From Eledone cirrhosa (taxonomy: Eukaryota): DNA of 64,000 nucleotides. The stretch covers positions 25,854,001-25,918,000 of the forward strand of contig OZ024745.1 of the NCBI GenBank assembly GCA_964016885.1, given 5' to 3'. The translations under genes were made by a program, and so were the position numbers. The notes under the pieces were generated by a model. It did no database searches. It saw only the letters and a list, made by a program, of their open reading frames with translations, and was not told where the DNA came from. This document shows, in pieces, positions 40,013-55,026 of this stretch (position 1 is the stretch's first letter; every line of letters begins with the position of its first letter).

Positions 40013-40014
<2 letters not shown>
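39562..40014. repeat. Fold-back palindrome, 219-bp arms, 15-bp spacer
   Basis: Arms 39562-39780 and 39796-40014, about 2 mismatches; the spacer duplicates right-arm sequence. Confidence 0.95.
39909..39963 (+). ncRNA. Type I hammerhead ribozyme (mirror copy at 39613-39667, minus strand)
   Basis: ACTGC-CTGAAGA-GGT c ACAGCCA aaga TGGCTGT c ACT-GAAA-T-ATAT-A-TA-GCAGT. Confidence 0.85.
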
Positions 40015-41942
<1,928 letters not shown>

Positions 41943-42339
41943 ATCCAGGAGTGTACCAATGTGTATATAAATGTACACATATTTAATATGTACACATGCC
42001 AGAAAATACGAATTTCCTTGTAAATAGAAAAAATGAAAAGTTGAAAAAACAAACACCTTTCATTGATTTTCGGACCTATTTGAGCCTTCATAAGATTGAG
42101 TATATATCATTCAAACAAACTCAAAGGTACATATATTTGGGCGTATATACCCATTCTCTCTTATTATTATTCTGAAATGGACGTACTAATTTGCATATAA
42201 TTAGCACTCGTGCTGGTAATTAATTAAGATAATGTACACACACCGAGTGGGGAGCCGAAAGTGCACAATTATGTATAAAAAGAGGTTTTGAGACTTTTAT
42301 CAGAGAGACATTTATTTAACTCAGAGATCAGTACAAATC

Positions 42340-42615
42340 TCTAGTCTCCCTCAAAATTGGATCCTCCAACTTCAATATACTTGCCTCTACTTGTGGAAGG
42401 TCCCCTTGTTGTCAACCAAAATGAATGTGTTTAGGGCGTTTGTCACAGCCTCCTTCATCTCCTCCACATCCTTAAAGCGGATACCCCCGATCTTCTCCCT
42501 CAGCTTAGAGAACATCCAAGAAGTCGCATGGGACTAATTCTCGACTGTGGGGAGGAAGAGGGATAATCTTGGGCCCCATATTAGTTACCAGCTTGGATTT
42601 GTAGCAGGGGCATTG
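42340..42615 (-). pseudogene. Mariner transposase C-terminal remnant
   Basis: IIPLPPHSRELVPCDF resembles HPPYSPDLAPCDF, followed by KLREKIGGIRFKDVEEMKEAV. Confidence 0.7.
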
Positions 42616-44144
42616 TCCTAAAAGGCTTTGCAAATGTTTATTTGTAAAGATACCATATATCATTAGATATACGAAGGCTACATCTTTTTCTTTTGCCATA
42701 TTGTATTATATATAGATAGATATAAAAAAAAGTGCAGTGTAAAAATGCATGAACGGAGTGCTCTGCCTGAAGTGTATGCATACAGATTATCGCTCTCTGA
42801 ACAGAGCATTAGGAATGGACTTTATCTCTAAGACAACTCGGTGAAATCAATTGACAATTTTTTATTGTATTAACTCCAATCAGGGAAATATATTTACTCA
42901 GCAAGCTAAACCTAGAATATGGTCAAGTTTACAGGAAAGGGAAAATAATTTATAGGCTGATTATGTGAGTTAAGAAAGCAGTGTGAATATACTTATGCGG
43001 AGTGCTCTGCATGAATTGTTTAGATACATGTAGAGTTTCACTGTCAGAATATGGAAAGTGGAAAAAAACTGTAAGATTTTTCAGCTTAAACTATACAGAT
43101 ACACTAATCCAGTTAGATTTAAAGCTGTTGTTGGTTAAGTGTTATGTGCATTAATCTATCTGCTAGGGTTAATGTATCTACATATCTAAGCAGAACATAC
43201 AAGCGACATCTGAATAGAAAGTTATCTCGGAGCTGGCAACAGAATGGGAACATTGTGGCTTAAATAACGGGTTTAGTTCGAAATTAAGAGAACATTACCG
43301 AATACGACAGACGTCTGAAGAAGGGTGGATGATCCAGCAGCCGAAACATTGTAATTAAAACAATCTAAATTGAAATTACTGATGTAAATATATTGTTAGT
43401 TTATAATGACAGTAATTCCACTGCTTAGGAACCCATTACACACACACGCACACACATACTCACACGCACGCACCCACACACTTGTGTTATGGAATAGGTT
43501 GTTTACGCAGCAGTATACACTTCAGCAACATAGATACATCGGGCAAAAAAAGAAGAAGCGCATCAAGTCCTTACGATAAACACCACGCTAAACCCTGCAA
43601 ATATTATAAGTACATATGCCCCCATTATTCAAGCAAACAACTAATGCAAGAACAAATTCGGTTAGAAAACATGGATAACTTCAAAGAGATTTGACCACCA
43701 GAACTGGCCTCTTTACCTCGACGATACTGGAGTTTCTTATAAGAAAGACAGCTCCCTCAGTGTAACAAATACATTCTACAAACATAAAAGCTGCCCAAGG
43801 GTTTTTTGAATAATTTTGTGCTGGTTTAAAGATGCCATCTCAATGCTGTAAAATCAAAACGATCAAATATCACAACGCTGCCTGTGACACGGGCCACAGT
43901 GTTATTAACTAATACAACAAATTAATAACAAAGGGCCAGAGGATCAAGAAACCATCGCAACTGAGATAAAACATCAAAAACACGAGAGACTTAGAACGGG
44001 AAGCAGTATACAACAAACATATGGAGTTATATTTGGGAAAAAACACAAAATGAACTGTATCTCATAACGCTGTAAGAAAAGTAAAAAAAAAAAAAATCAT
44101 TATTGAATTATAGGACCCACATTATATGTATGTTATGGTTTTAT

Positions 44145-44375
44145 TAGAGCGTCGGACAACATGCTTTGTCACACAGAGTTACGGTCCTTTACGTTCTGAG
44201 TTCAAATCTCGCCAAGGTTAACTTTGCCTTTCATCCTTACGGGGTCGATAAAATAAAGTACCAGTAATACACTGGGTAATTGCTGGCCTTGTGCCAAAAG
44301 TAGAAACAATTATTTTATAAGAGAGATCTGGCCGGTGGATTGACAGTGTCGGTAGAGCATCGGAAAACATGATTC
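44145..44375 (+). mobile_element. SINE family A plus head of a second copy
   Basis: Matches the family A consensus. Confidence 0.85.
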
Positions 44376-44720
44376 CTATTCCCAAAGGAGTGGAACAGTT
44401 TTAAAAATAAATGCGAATACGATAAATGCTGAGAGGGAAGAAACGCTAAATCAAGGCACCCGAGGGTGCACGTTTGACGTCCGATGATCATAGCGAAGAC
44501 GGACAGGCCGTAGAAATAGGCATGAGGTCAGAAATGAGGGAATCATAGAAAAGTGGAAGTATATAAATATACGAATATATATATATATATATATATGAGA
44601 GACGTAAAATAAGAAAATTATAAAATTAACTTACTAAAATATCACTTCCAACTAATTAGTTTCTGGAATGGAGTAAATATATTTTCCGAAGATGTATATA
44701 TATGTTAATAGATATTCATT

Positions 44721-44782
<62 letters not shown>

Positions 44783-45558
44783 TTGTATATTTATATTTAT
44801 ATTTATATTTATATATACTTGTAGAAACATCAGAGTGACTTCCCTTCCTCCATATTAACAACCCCGACGTGAAATTTTCTGCTGAGTTGTTGGAAAGTCA
44901 TATTTTTTCATGATGCTGCTTTGCTAGTAGATAGATATATGGCAGTGTCTGTCTCTTCCTTTCACCCTCTCTCTCTCTCTCAATCTCTCTGTGCAAGGTA
45001 ATTTTATCACGTGTGGGTTAAGGACATATGAAGAGGGGCTCTCGTCTCTCTCACATACATATATATATTCTTTCCCTATTAAAATATATTATATTGTATT
45101 ATTATATATTATATATGAAATGCTTGCGCAGACATGGCGTTTTGAGTTACTTATAGAAAAAATAAAAGAGGAAAAAAGCTAACTTCTTCACCCACTTATC
45201 TGCCTTTCACGCAAATAATTTTTATGTAACGTTATAGCTGTTCATAGTTATGTATTCTTACTCTGTGAGAGGTGAGAATAAAGTAATACATGTATATTTG
45301 TATTTAGTGGCCAAAGGTAACAAAACGAATCATTCACCTCGTATTGTCACTCACCCCAGTACGTCGGCTTTGCTTCTCCGACAAGCAGAATCATAGGCGT
45401 ATGTCGCCTCAGGTTCCCAGGGAACAAGATGGAGAAAGCGTTTCTCCAGAGGATAGCGAGGAAGATGCATTGAAAAAACTATTCCAATTAATCAGTGAAT
45501 CTCTTTTATTCGAATTAATTAACTGGTTTTCTATTTTCCTTGTATTTGTTACCATTTA

Positions 45559-45772
45559 TAGGAAAAGAGTCATTACTCACTCTACTACCTTAAGTATCGA
45601 GTACTCTGGTGCGTTATGGTCCAAATGGTTTCTTACCACACTTTCTTTGTTATATATATAAGTTTATCCCAGGTTCAATCGGGGGTAACCACAGTAAGTA
45701 AGCTTCCTGATGATTTCTCCCGAATGAAACAGTTCTAGACATGTAGAAGCCATTTCTATATTATATATAATT
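45559..45772 (+). mobile_element. Family H element with intact hammerhead; terminal hairpin mostly deleted
   Basis: Reverse of the body at 16839-16965, 27018-27097 and 53755-53845; starts with only TAGGAAAAGAGTC of the outer arm. Confidence 0.75.
45702..45750 (+). ncRNA. Type I hammerhead ribozyme (U.U at base of stem II)
   Basis: GCTTC-CTGATGA-T-TTC tccc GAA-T-GAAA-CA gttctagaca TG-TA-GAAGC. Confidence 0.75.
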
Positions 45773-47269
45773 AATCCTGTAAATGGCTCATGCTACTTGT
45801 GTGGCAATTTTAGTACGAAATGAAATCTCTTCAAATCGCAAATTTCATCGAGATCGATTTTGCTTTTTATTTTCCTGGGTCGACAAGATAAACAACATCA
45901 ATCAAATATGGGGTCGATATAATCAACTATATCTTCCTCCCAGCCAAATGTTAGGCTTGTGTCAAAGTTAGAAACATTAGTAAAGAGTTAACTTCAACCC
46001 GAACTATCAAGACCCACTAGACTTATAAACCATTCTTTTATTTTCTTTGGTGTGGCTGATTGACTACTATGCCATTATTAACCAATTGAAATGTGTTTAA
46101 AATTTATCTTTTAATGTGAATAAAGCTGTACATTTGGCGGTGAGTTGTCAGAGTCGGCTCTCTTTGTTCTGAGTTTAAATCTCGTCGAGGTCAATTTTAC
46201 ATTTCATACTTTATAGGTTGAGAAAAAATCGTACCAGTTTTGTCTAGGAAGAACAGGAACTGGTAGTCAACAGAACATTAAATAACTTGCTGAGAGGTTC
46301 AGAAGTTTCTATTCAGGCACTATTGTCCATTAACCACTGTATGCAATGGCATTACAGTGGAATTGACTGCAATTTATTGACCTGTAATGTTGAGAGCAAT
46401 TCTACTTGCATTGAAAGCTATTTGTAATTGCAGCTCATTAAGGGAATGAAACCTGAGTTGGGATTCAGAAATTATCAACATTTGGAGCTATGAAATTCAT
46501 AGTACACTTATGGTGTCCTTAATACATAAATGATTCTGACTGTTAAACAGTAATAATATATTTGACAACTGGTTTACAAATTATATCGGTGATGTGTTAC
46601 TTAGAGTGATAGCTTTATTATATAAAGGACAACACTGGCGAACACGGAATGGTCTAGCCATATCCACATGACAGCTACTAACGAGAAGAGAATTTATTTA
46701 TTGGCAACCATAAAGAAATAGTAATAGCAGAAATGTTTAACAGGGAAAATAATAACATTAAAGGGGTACATAATAGGAAATAATTGTGAAGCAAAAATAA
46801 GGGTAAATAATGGTGAACATGATGTTAAATCATTCGCCAGACACGAATTAATTGAATGGACAGAAGGGAGAAACTTTTCGCATTGTTGTAATTTTGCTAA
46901 TACAATGCTGTCTGCACCTCGGAATTTGATATAGATTTCACGTTACCCTTATTAAAACAAACTGAGGCAATGATTGAAACTTTACGTAGTCGTTCGATCT
47001 GTTCAACAACCAAATCTCATAAAAATCTTACCCTATCGACTTAAAAATTAAAATAAACCTTCGACAAAATAGTCCTAGATATAAAATAAAGACAGTTGGG
47101 TATAGTTATAAGCTCTTTGATCACAGGGCGAAGCGTGCTTAAAAACTCATTAAACTTTTCTTAGTTCTCATTCTAAAAAATAAAACAGTATTTGATTCTG
47201 GTGGGAATTGAACGTAAAAACTTAGGTGCACAGAGGGAGGTTCCGCAAATCGTTAAATATGGCTTAGCA

Positions 47270-47456
47270 GGGTCGTGGATTGGTAGAATCGTTAGAGCGT
47301 CGGTCAAACCCTTAGCACTATTTATTTCGGCTCTTTAAGTTCTGGTTTCAAATTCCGCAGAGGTTCGCTTCACCTTTCATTCCTTCCGAGTTCAGTAAAA
47401 TAAAGTACCAGTCAGGTACTGGGATCCCCTCAAATTACTGGCCTTACCGAAATTAG
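47270..47456 (+). mobile_element. SINE family A flanked by a 15-bp direct repeat
   Basis: AAATCGTTAAATATG at 47247-47261 and 47457-47471. Confidence 0.8.
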
Positions 47457-47955
47457 AAATCGTTAAATATGTCTTGACGACTGGCTCATGCCATAAAATC
47501 TTCATAGAAAAATATTGGTTACAGAAGAATAACAGATTTCCCTCTCGAAGCTACTACAAACCAGACATGTCAGTGGAAATATAATTTCTCATGGTAGACA
47601 GATGGCGGATAACTTAACCTTTTAGTTGCTATGCCAATTGGTCGATGACGATTGCGGTGGTGCTGGGGATAGATAGTAATAAAATAGAAACCAAGTGAAG
47701 TAAATAAACAAATAGAGAGAAAAAAAAGTGTGTGGTAAAAGAATATAAGAGCAATTATTGATGTGGATAACGAAAAGTAAATAGTGAAACGGATGAAAGC
47801 ACATCGGAGTGAGGTGGGGGGTATCTGTTAAGTCTTTTTACTGGTCTCAAATTTTAACCTGTGAAAACCCCGAAAGCATTGTGAAGAGTGCAGTTTACCT
47901 GAAGTTAAATAACCTGGAAAGTGAAATCAGTGAACCGTTTGAACGGGGTAATTTG

Positions 47956-48555
47956 ATAGTCGCTTAGTTTTTACACCCCAACGAAGCCCTATTTAACCTG
48001 TTTTCTATCAAGCTTTCAATAACTATTATTCCGACGTTTTTTTCTTTCTTCCCAACAACTTTATATAATCCCTATATCCTTAAAAAAGAAATACAGTTAC
48101 ACACTAGTAGTTATTTACTTCTTATCTCCCCTAGAGTAAGAGTCTTGACACTCCTTTATGTTCATTTGCAAAATGCCACTGACTTTCACTACAATTAGTT
48201 AATAAGTCCCTAATTATATGTAATAATAAAGGTTTTTCTCAAGACTGCAAATAACGTTTAATAATCATACTGAGAAGGGTGGTAGGGTTGGTAAAAATAA
48301 TAGAACACCTTACAGAGTATAAATTTGAGATCTACCTATGTTAAAATTGTTTCCGAGTCGATATCGTCTTTCTTACAATCGAGCGCCTCCGAATACTCGG
48401 CAATTATAGATTTTTAACATTGACTCAAAGCTACATATATAAAATTATTAGTAATAAATAAATAAAAATTAGAAATAATAGTTATTGAAAGCCTCAAGTT
48501 GATAGGAAACAGGTTAAATAGGGCTCCTCTTGGAGTGTAAAACCTAAGCGACTAT
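47956..48555. mobile_element. 600-bp MITE with about 75-bp imperfect TIRs
   Basis: ATAGTCGCTTAG..CCCTATTTAACCTGTTT..TTTCAATAACTATTATT (47956-48030) versus its reverse complement at 48474-48555. Confidence 0.75.
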
Positions 48556-49946
48556 GATATTTGTAGAGATGCCATAGCACCCAATACTTGATGGTACTTC
48601 TGTTTATCGACCCTTCAAGACGTGAAGAACCGTAACTAAATGCTGCAGTCATTTTGCCGGGATCTCTAATGATTCTGACAATCGATCATCTTGTCCCCTA
48701 CACTTAACTCGATCTATTCATGTTTTGAAATGCACAGTATCAATACAATTTGAATAGATTTATTACCCAGCTTCTTTTAATGAAAAAATTAACAAGCTTC
48801 ACCCTCGTTTAGAAATAACATTCTATTTAAACCCTAATATATTTAGGACAAAAATAAATGAGTGAAAACAGTTATTAGAACGTCTGTGTAGATATTTGCC
48901 AGTTTAAAATCGGTGAGACTGGCTTTGCTTTTCAGTGTTCATGGGAAAAGCATCAATGTGACAATTTGAATTCATATTTCCCTCTTTTAAAAATATGAGG
49001 ATTCGTGTATCTACAAAAGATTATTATTCGCAAGATAAATGCTTTTCACATAGAATTAGAAGTTTCATTCTTCTGCTCCCATTCTCTAATTAACCATATT
49101 TTATGACACTATCACGTAAGTTTTCTAAAGTAAACCTCACTGTGAACAATTGGCCTGCTGTATTGATGGCTAACAGTCTAACAAAGAAACTCCGGCGTGT
49201 TTAATCCATGTTTAATCAAATTATCCATCCATGTTTAATCAAATTATTAAAGCTATCACGTCCTGCTTCTTATGTATCATAAAGATTGACTTAGCTAAAC
49301 ACAACCTATATTGTTTTATGGGTTGTGTTTATAATTCCCGTGCCAATTAGGTGAACAAACTCGTATATCAGATTCTATAGTTATGGGATTTCGGTAACAG
49401 AAATCTTTGAAGGAAAATACCGTATTTGCCGGCCTATTGGACGCACTTAAAAAAAAAAAAAATTCCGAACTCCAAGAGCTCAGTGTTACATACGATTTAC
49501 AAATCAAGAAGAGGTAATGTCGCCTGCATGAAGGACTGGAACGCTTGTTCTAAAATTAACATAATCTAAATTTTAATGCTTCACACTTCTTTAAATCACT
49601 TTGTGGTCAGGTTGCCCTTCATCAATTTGAGAGCAGTAATCACTAATATTACATTTGTATCAATCCAATCACTTACGTGTTCTACCTATAAAAATCGACT
49701 CAGTGTCTAATCAATGAAAGTATTATTTATAAAGAAATTTAGGGTGGGGTGGAAATAGCAGAGTCTTTTGAGCATGGAATAATGTCAACCAGTAGTTCCA
49801 GTTTTTTACGTATCCCACCGAGGTTGATTTTATTTTTCATTCTTCCGGGGACGATAAAATAATGTACCAGTCAAGTACTGCGGTCAATTTCATTGATTTA
49901 CCTTTCCACCTCCAAACTGCTAGCCTTGTGCCAAAATTCGAAACCG

Positions 49947-50026
<80 letters not shown>

Positions 50027-50180
50027 CAATATTTTAAATTAAAAATGAGTAATCGAACAAGATGTTATATATATATATATATATATTAAAGAGTTAAACA
50101 AGATTCAATGAGTACATCAAAGAATGAGTTTTACAGTAGATTGGAAGCACTCTATAGAAACATATTTTCCAGAGTTATTA

Positions 50181-50467
50181 ATATTAATTCAAATATTGCC
50201 AAAATAGATATTCTTGTGATCAATTAAATTTTATTATACATATTTCAGAGGTACTTGAATCAAGTTCAACAGTACGTCCTCATCAGATAAAATAATCACT
50301 ACCTTGATTAAATCTTAACCATCTAACATGTCAGGGTATGTCATGTATCATTTTATTTTATCTGATGAGGACGTACTGTTGAACTTGATTCAAGTACCTC
50401 TGAAATATGTATAATAAAATTTAATTGATCACAAGAATATCTATTTTGGCAATATTTGAATTAATAT
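50181..50467. repeat. Fold-back inverted repeat, 115-bp arms, 57-bp spacer
   Basis: Arms 50181-50295 and 50353-50467; no mismatch seen by eye. Confidence 0.95.
50356..50419 (+). ncRNA. Type I hammerhead ribozyme (mirror copy in left arm, minus strand)
   Basis: TTTTAT-CTGATGA-GGA c GTAC..TTGAA cttga TTCAA GTAC c TCT-GAAA-T-ATGT-A-TA-ATAAAA. Confidence 0.85.
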
Positions 50468-50899
50468 ATATATATAGCTTGTTCGAAGACTCATTTTTAA
50501 TTGAAAATATTGCAACGAACAACTTTTTCATCGTTTAATATAGTAAATGAACTACCAACAATATATTTTCCTTATATTGCGTTGGACTTTATGAAGCGAA
50601 ATAAAAGTCAAAATTATTTCTTTACGCGGTTGGATACATTTCAATACATTTGCACTACTAATGGTTCTAGGGAGGGTCAAGATCGTGACAACAAACCATT
50701 TCTTTTTCCATTTAAGTAAAAGGCATTATGCTTACTCCTAAACGTAATTTATAAATGAGAAATATCCTTGAAGCAAAAGGTAATCTTTCAGCGAACCGAG
50801 TCCATGACCTGCTTTCAGTTAGTGGGTGAAACCACATTAGTAACGCCAATAATTCAGTTCGGAATCACCTTAGAATCTAGGATAGTGTAGTAGCTTAGC

Positions 50900-50935
50900 A
50901 GACGCGCACACACACGCGCACACAGACGCACACAG

Positions 50936-51008
<73 letters not shown>
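50900..51008. repeat. (CA)n microsatellite
   Basis: Direct reading. Confidence 0.95.
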
Positions 51009-51009
<1 letters not shown>

Positions 51010-51254
51010 GAAGAAATTAAAAGATGGTTAAAAGAGTTCCATACATTTTATTATATGCATTTCGAATACAAAATCATCCTGGGACAAGAATTGTGTACTC
51101 ACTTTCTACATATATATAGTACAAGAACTATACATGAGAGGTACGTCTACTACAACCCGGATCTGTTATCAAGTTTCTAATCTCGGCTAGTACAATTTCC
51201 AGGAAATATGTGAACTTTAACTAACACTAATTTTCTTAACTCTAAAGTCTGACG

Positions 51255-51720
51255 TTTACAATGGGTCACGAATGACCACTTGCACCGAGGTATAAACCCT
51301 GGCAAGGTGCTTTTGTGAAAGACCAAACGTTGTCCAAGGGAAAAAGACAAAGGTCGCTACTCCAGTGACGTCGCAACTCATTTCTACAGCTGAGTGAACT
51401 GGAGCATCGTTAAATAAAGTGTCTTGCTGAAAGACGCAACACATCGCCTGGACTCAAAATCGAACTCACAACCTCACGACTGTAAATCCAACTCTGAAAT
51501 CCCTAATCCACGTGACAATAAGTAAAAAGCGATTATCTAAAGGAGTTTGTAGAGTTTTGTGCAGTGGTAAGATACTGAGTTCAAATCCTGCGAAGGTTAG
51601 CTTTGCCTTTTATCCGTACAGGCTCGATAAAATATAGCACCAGTAATACACTGCGGTCGATTTAATCAACTTTCCACTCCTTCAAAATTTGTTGGCTTCG
51701 TGCCTAAATCAGAAACCATT
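51255..51720. mobile_element. SINE family B (minus, 51255-51510) and SINE family A (plus, 51575-51720)
   Basis: Both match family motifs. Confidence 0.75.
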
Positions 51721-53042
51721 ATGTCCAGCGTTTTACTGTTTCTACAACGTAACTAAAACTAATAAAGTACTACTTCTAATCACCGGAAGAACAGACATTA
51801 GTGATGGTGAAGTATATCTATTCCAGTAATAAAGTGAGATTTGTTTTATCGACTCTGAAAGGGTTAAAGATAAAGTAAACTTTTGTGGTATTTGAACTGA
51901 GAATGTAAGATGTCGTAAATAACATCGTATATTTTGTCCGGGATTCTATCTATTCGGATCCTCACATCCTTACCCCCAAATACTTAATGGTATCTTTTGA
52001 TCATGCTCAATCTATTTTTTTATGTTTATACCAAAGAAACAATACATACAATCTCGCTAATATCCTAGTGCCACTTGTTATACTGGAATTTAGGAATTTA
52101 ATTTAGTCTTTAGGAATTTAATTACCTGCTATGTGATATTAAAATAGGTTCTTTGCTGTCTAGATCATTTTAACCACGCTAACTCTGAGAATGGTGATTT
52201 CTTTTCTATGCCCTGTATCCATAGGAAAGAACGGTGATAGTTTAATTCGTGCATTCATCAAGATCATATGCATTGTAAACAAAATCAAATGAGCTTTAAC
52301 CAAGAATTGAAATCAGATCGCAGATTGTCCACCACATTTTACTTAAAAGTCACTGAGTAGATACAGTTTCACCTAAAAGTATAAATACTTCATTCCTCCC
52401 ACTGATTCTATAAACGCCCGTAAACAATTTATCGTTTTCTCACAGTATTTATGAATCAAATACCTGAGATTTAATTCTATTTCTTTCGTCGCAAGCCTTT
52501 TTTTCTGTTTACGTCAATAGATGTATTCGATCTGATGAATTTATTTATAGGAACAAACATGAAATTAAGACGGTATTTAAATATCAAATAACTGAAAGAA
52601 GACACACAAAAAGACCACATTCAACTATTTTGGGAAAATTGTAAAGCTAAATTTCGCCATCTCCTATTATAAATAAAACGAAGTGGTGTCAGTTTTTTTT
52701 TGACGTCTTCAATCTAAAATCTTCAATGAAATTTGTGTAATCTTTATATTGGTAACAGGTCGAACCGGCTATACGAGTAGCGTATAAAATATAAATAAAA
52801 TGAATAGTATACAGATAACATGAAAAAGACCGCCTACGTAATGATATGCTGGAAAGTAAGACATAGGTATCAGGTTTCATACAAGTTGATACTGCCGAAA
52901 TAAACTGATGTAAGCAACAACAAAACATTTATAATGAAAAGGAATACTTTCATACAGCCATAGAATAAATTGTATTGTACTTTTTCAGTTTGGTATTTTT
53001 AATCATCGACATCTATTCAGTGGTTGATTTTATATTCGAAAG

Positions 53043-53217
53043 AAATATCTTTACAGAAATACTACAGAATATATAGATATATATTTAGACATTCATAAAT
53101 GCAACAATTATTTATTTTTACGTTTGTATGTGAAATAAATATCTTTACAGAAACACTAAAAAATATGTAAATATATATTTAGGCATTGATAAATGCAACA
53201 GTTATATATTTTTACGT
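53043..53217. repeat. Diverged tandem duplication, about 94-bp period
   Basis: AAATATCTTTACAGAAA..ATAAATGCAACA..TTTTACGT occurs twice. Confidence 0.8.
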
Positions 53218-53545
53218 ATATCTCAGCAGAACATAGAGAGTGATTTTCAAACTGGTTTCAATTCTTATTGGGTTCTCCCAGAGAGACCGTCTACAAAGAG
53301 AAATACGCAACTAACGATCCTTTATATGTCCACCAAACATGGTAGCATCAGCAAACTGGAAGCTCCAAGATGAATAATATCGATACTTACGCGGATGTCT
53401 AATTGAATTAAAAAATGTGAGAACACACTCATATATAAATTTGTTTGATAGAATTCTTGTTTATGCATAAAAGCAAAATCTGAAAATAAAAACATCTATG
53501 CAAGAAATGACAAGACAAACACGCTTAGGAGGAAGTAGAAGAGGG

Positions 53546-53579
53546 TTTGACGTTTCGGACATAAGTCTTTCTTTAGAAA
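53546..53579 (-). ncRNA. Decayed minimal hammerhead of Penelope-pLTR type
   Basis: Minus strand TTT-CTaAAGA-AAGAC ttat GTCC-GAAAC-GTC-AAA (G5>A). Confidence 0.5.
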
Positions 53580-53754
53580 AAAGGAGAACCCGGAGAGAGA
53601 GAAAGTTGGAACAACAGAGTTTGGAAAAGAAATAGGTTTTAAGAAGGCATTCCGGAGTGCGGGCGAGATGGAAATTCAAGGTGTGTCATGGGTGTTGCTA
53701 TGTGTGTGTGCAGATGGAGCGCACTTCATGTGTGTGCATTAATGCTTTTATATA

Positions 53755-53880
53755 TATATATAACGAAGGAAGTGTGGTAAGGAACCAGGTGGACCATAAC
53801 GCACCAGAGTACAGAATACATAGGGTAGTAGAGTGGGTAATAGGAAGAGAGTCTGGACCCTATTTTTGGTCCAGGAAAAT
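53755..53880. mobile_element. Family H element with collapsed terminal hairpin
   Basis: ACGAAGGAAGTGTGGTAAGGAACCAGGTGGACCATAACGCACCAGAGTAC..GGGTAGTAGAGTGGGTAATAGGAAGAGAGTC, then CTGGACC..GGTCCAG. Confidence 0.75.
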
Positions 53881-53893
53881 GTTCAATGAACAT

Positions 53894-53953
<60 letters not shown>

Positions 53954-54340
53954 AGTCAATGGCTAATAATAATATTTTAAATGCTTTCGGTAAGTAGGAG
54001 AGACAACTCCGGACATGTTTCTGCCTTTCTTCTGATCTCATTGACTTTGAAAAAAAGTGGACTTATTATTTGTGACCTGTTTCTTAAAGGAAATATAATA
54101 GAATGTTCAACCCAGTTATCTACACGAGATACATATACACACATACGTACACTGGTTATAAGTTTTCTTTACAAAAACGTCCTAGATTTTAGATTTTAAA
54201 CCTCCATTGATACTCTTCCTTTCCTTTAAGAAATCTATTCAGTTCTTTCTACATACGACAAAACAACTCAAAGTGGTATTTTGCTGAGTGGTTTTATTCT
54301 GTCAACACTTCTGATGACGGTGATGATGATAAAGATGTGA

Positions 54341-54394
<54 letters not shown>

Positions 54395-54981
54395 GTCCAC
54401 TTGCTTTGTTATTTTATGTCATACCACCCTTCTAACTGACAATACATTTATAACGTATTGGTGGCCCGCCACACACACACACATATATATATACGTATAT
54501 AAAACATAAAAAAATACAAATATTCACGGATGCATACTCTCATATGCAAAAGAAAGACAAAAGAAAATAATAAAAGTTGAAGTAAAAGAATCAGAAGGTA
54601 CTGGTGAAACCTTTCCTTGAATTATGTGAATTGGAAGATAAATATATCTCGAATGTTTGCTTAACCTCAAAAATCTTGATGAGTTCTCTTCCAGCTCTTT
54701 TCTTTCAAAATAATTCTCAATCCCCAAAGCACTTTTTTCTTCTTTTCTCTCTCCCAGTTTTAATGTCTATGTTCTTTGCTTCGAAGGTAAAAATCTCTGT
54801 CCAGTGATGGATGGAAAGAAAATACACAGTCGAAGTAATAATAATAACGACAACAACAATAATAGATTATTCGCCATGAGAATGACAAACACGGACACTA
54901 GAAAGACAAGTTGCAGTGGGTGGGTTTACAACAAGTGTAAAAACGAGAAATAAGTATTTGATAGAATGAAAGACACACACA

Positions 54982-55026
<45 letters not shown>

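Noticed and set aside
43315-43353. CTGAAGA..GAAACATTGTA as an intact hammerhead
   Set aside because: Core present but stem I does not pair; counted only as a decayed relic.
43740-43900. LSVTNTFYKHK, resembling an RTE endonuclease motif
   Set aside because: Too short and decayed to delimit as a feature.
44645-44690. Minus-strand GAAAC-TAATTA-GTT half hammerhead between TA tracts
   Set aside because: No CUGANGA upstream; possibly a truncated member of the system but not supportable alone.
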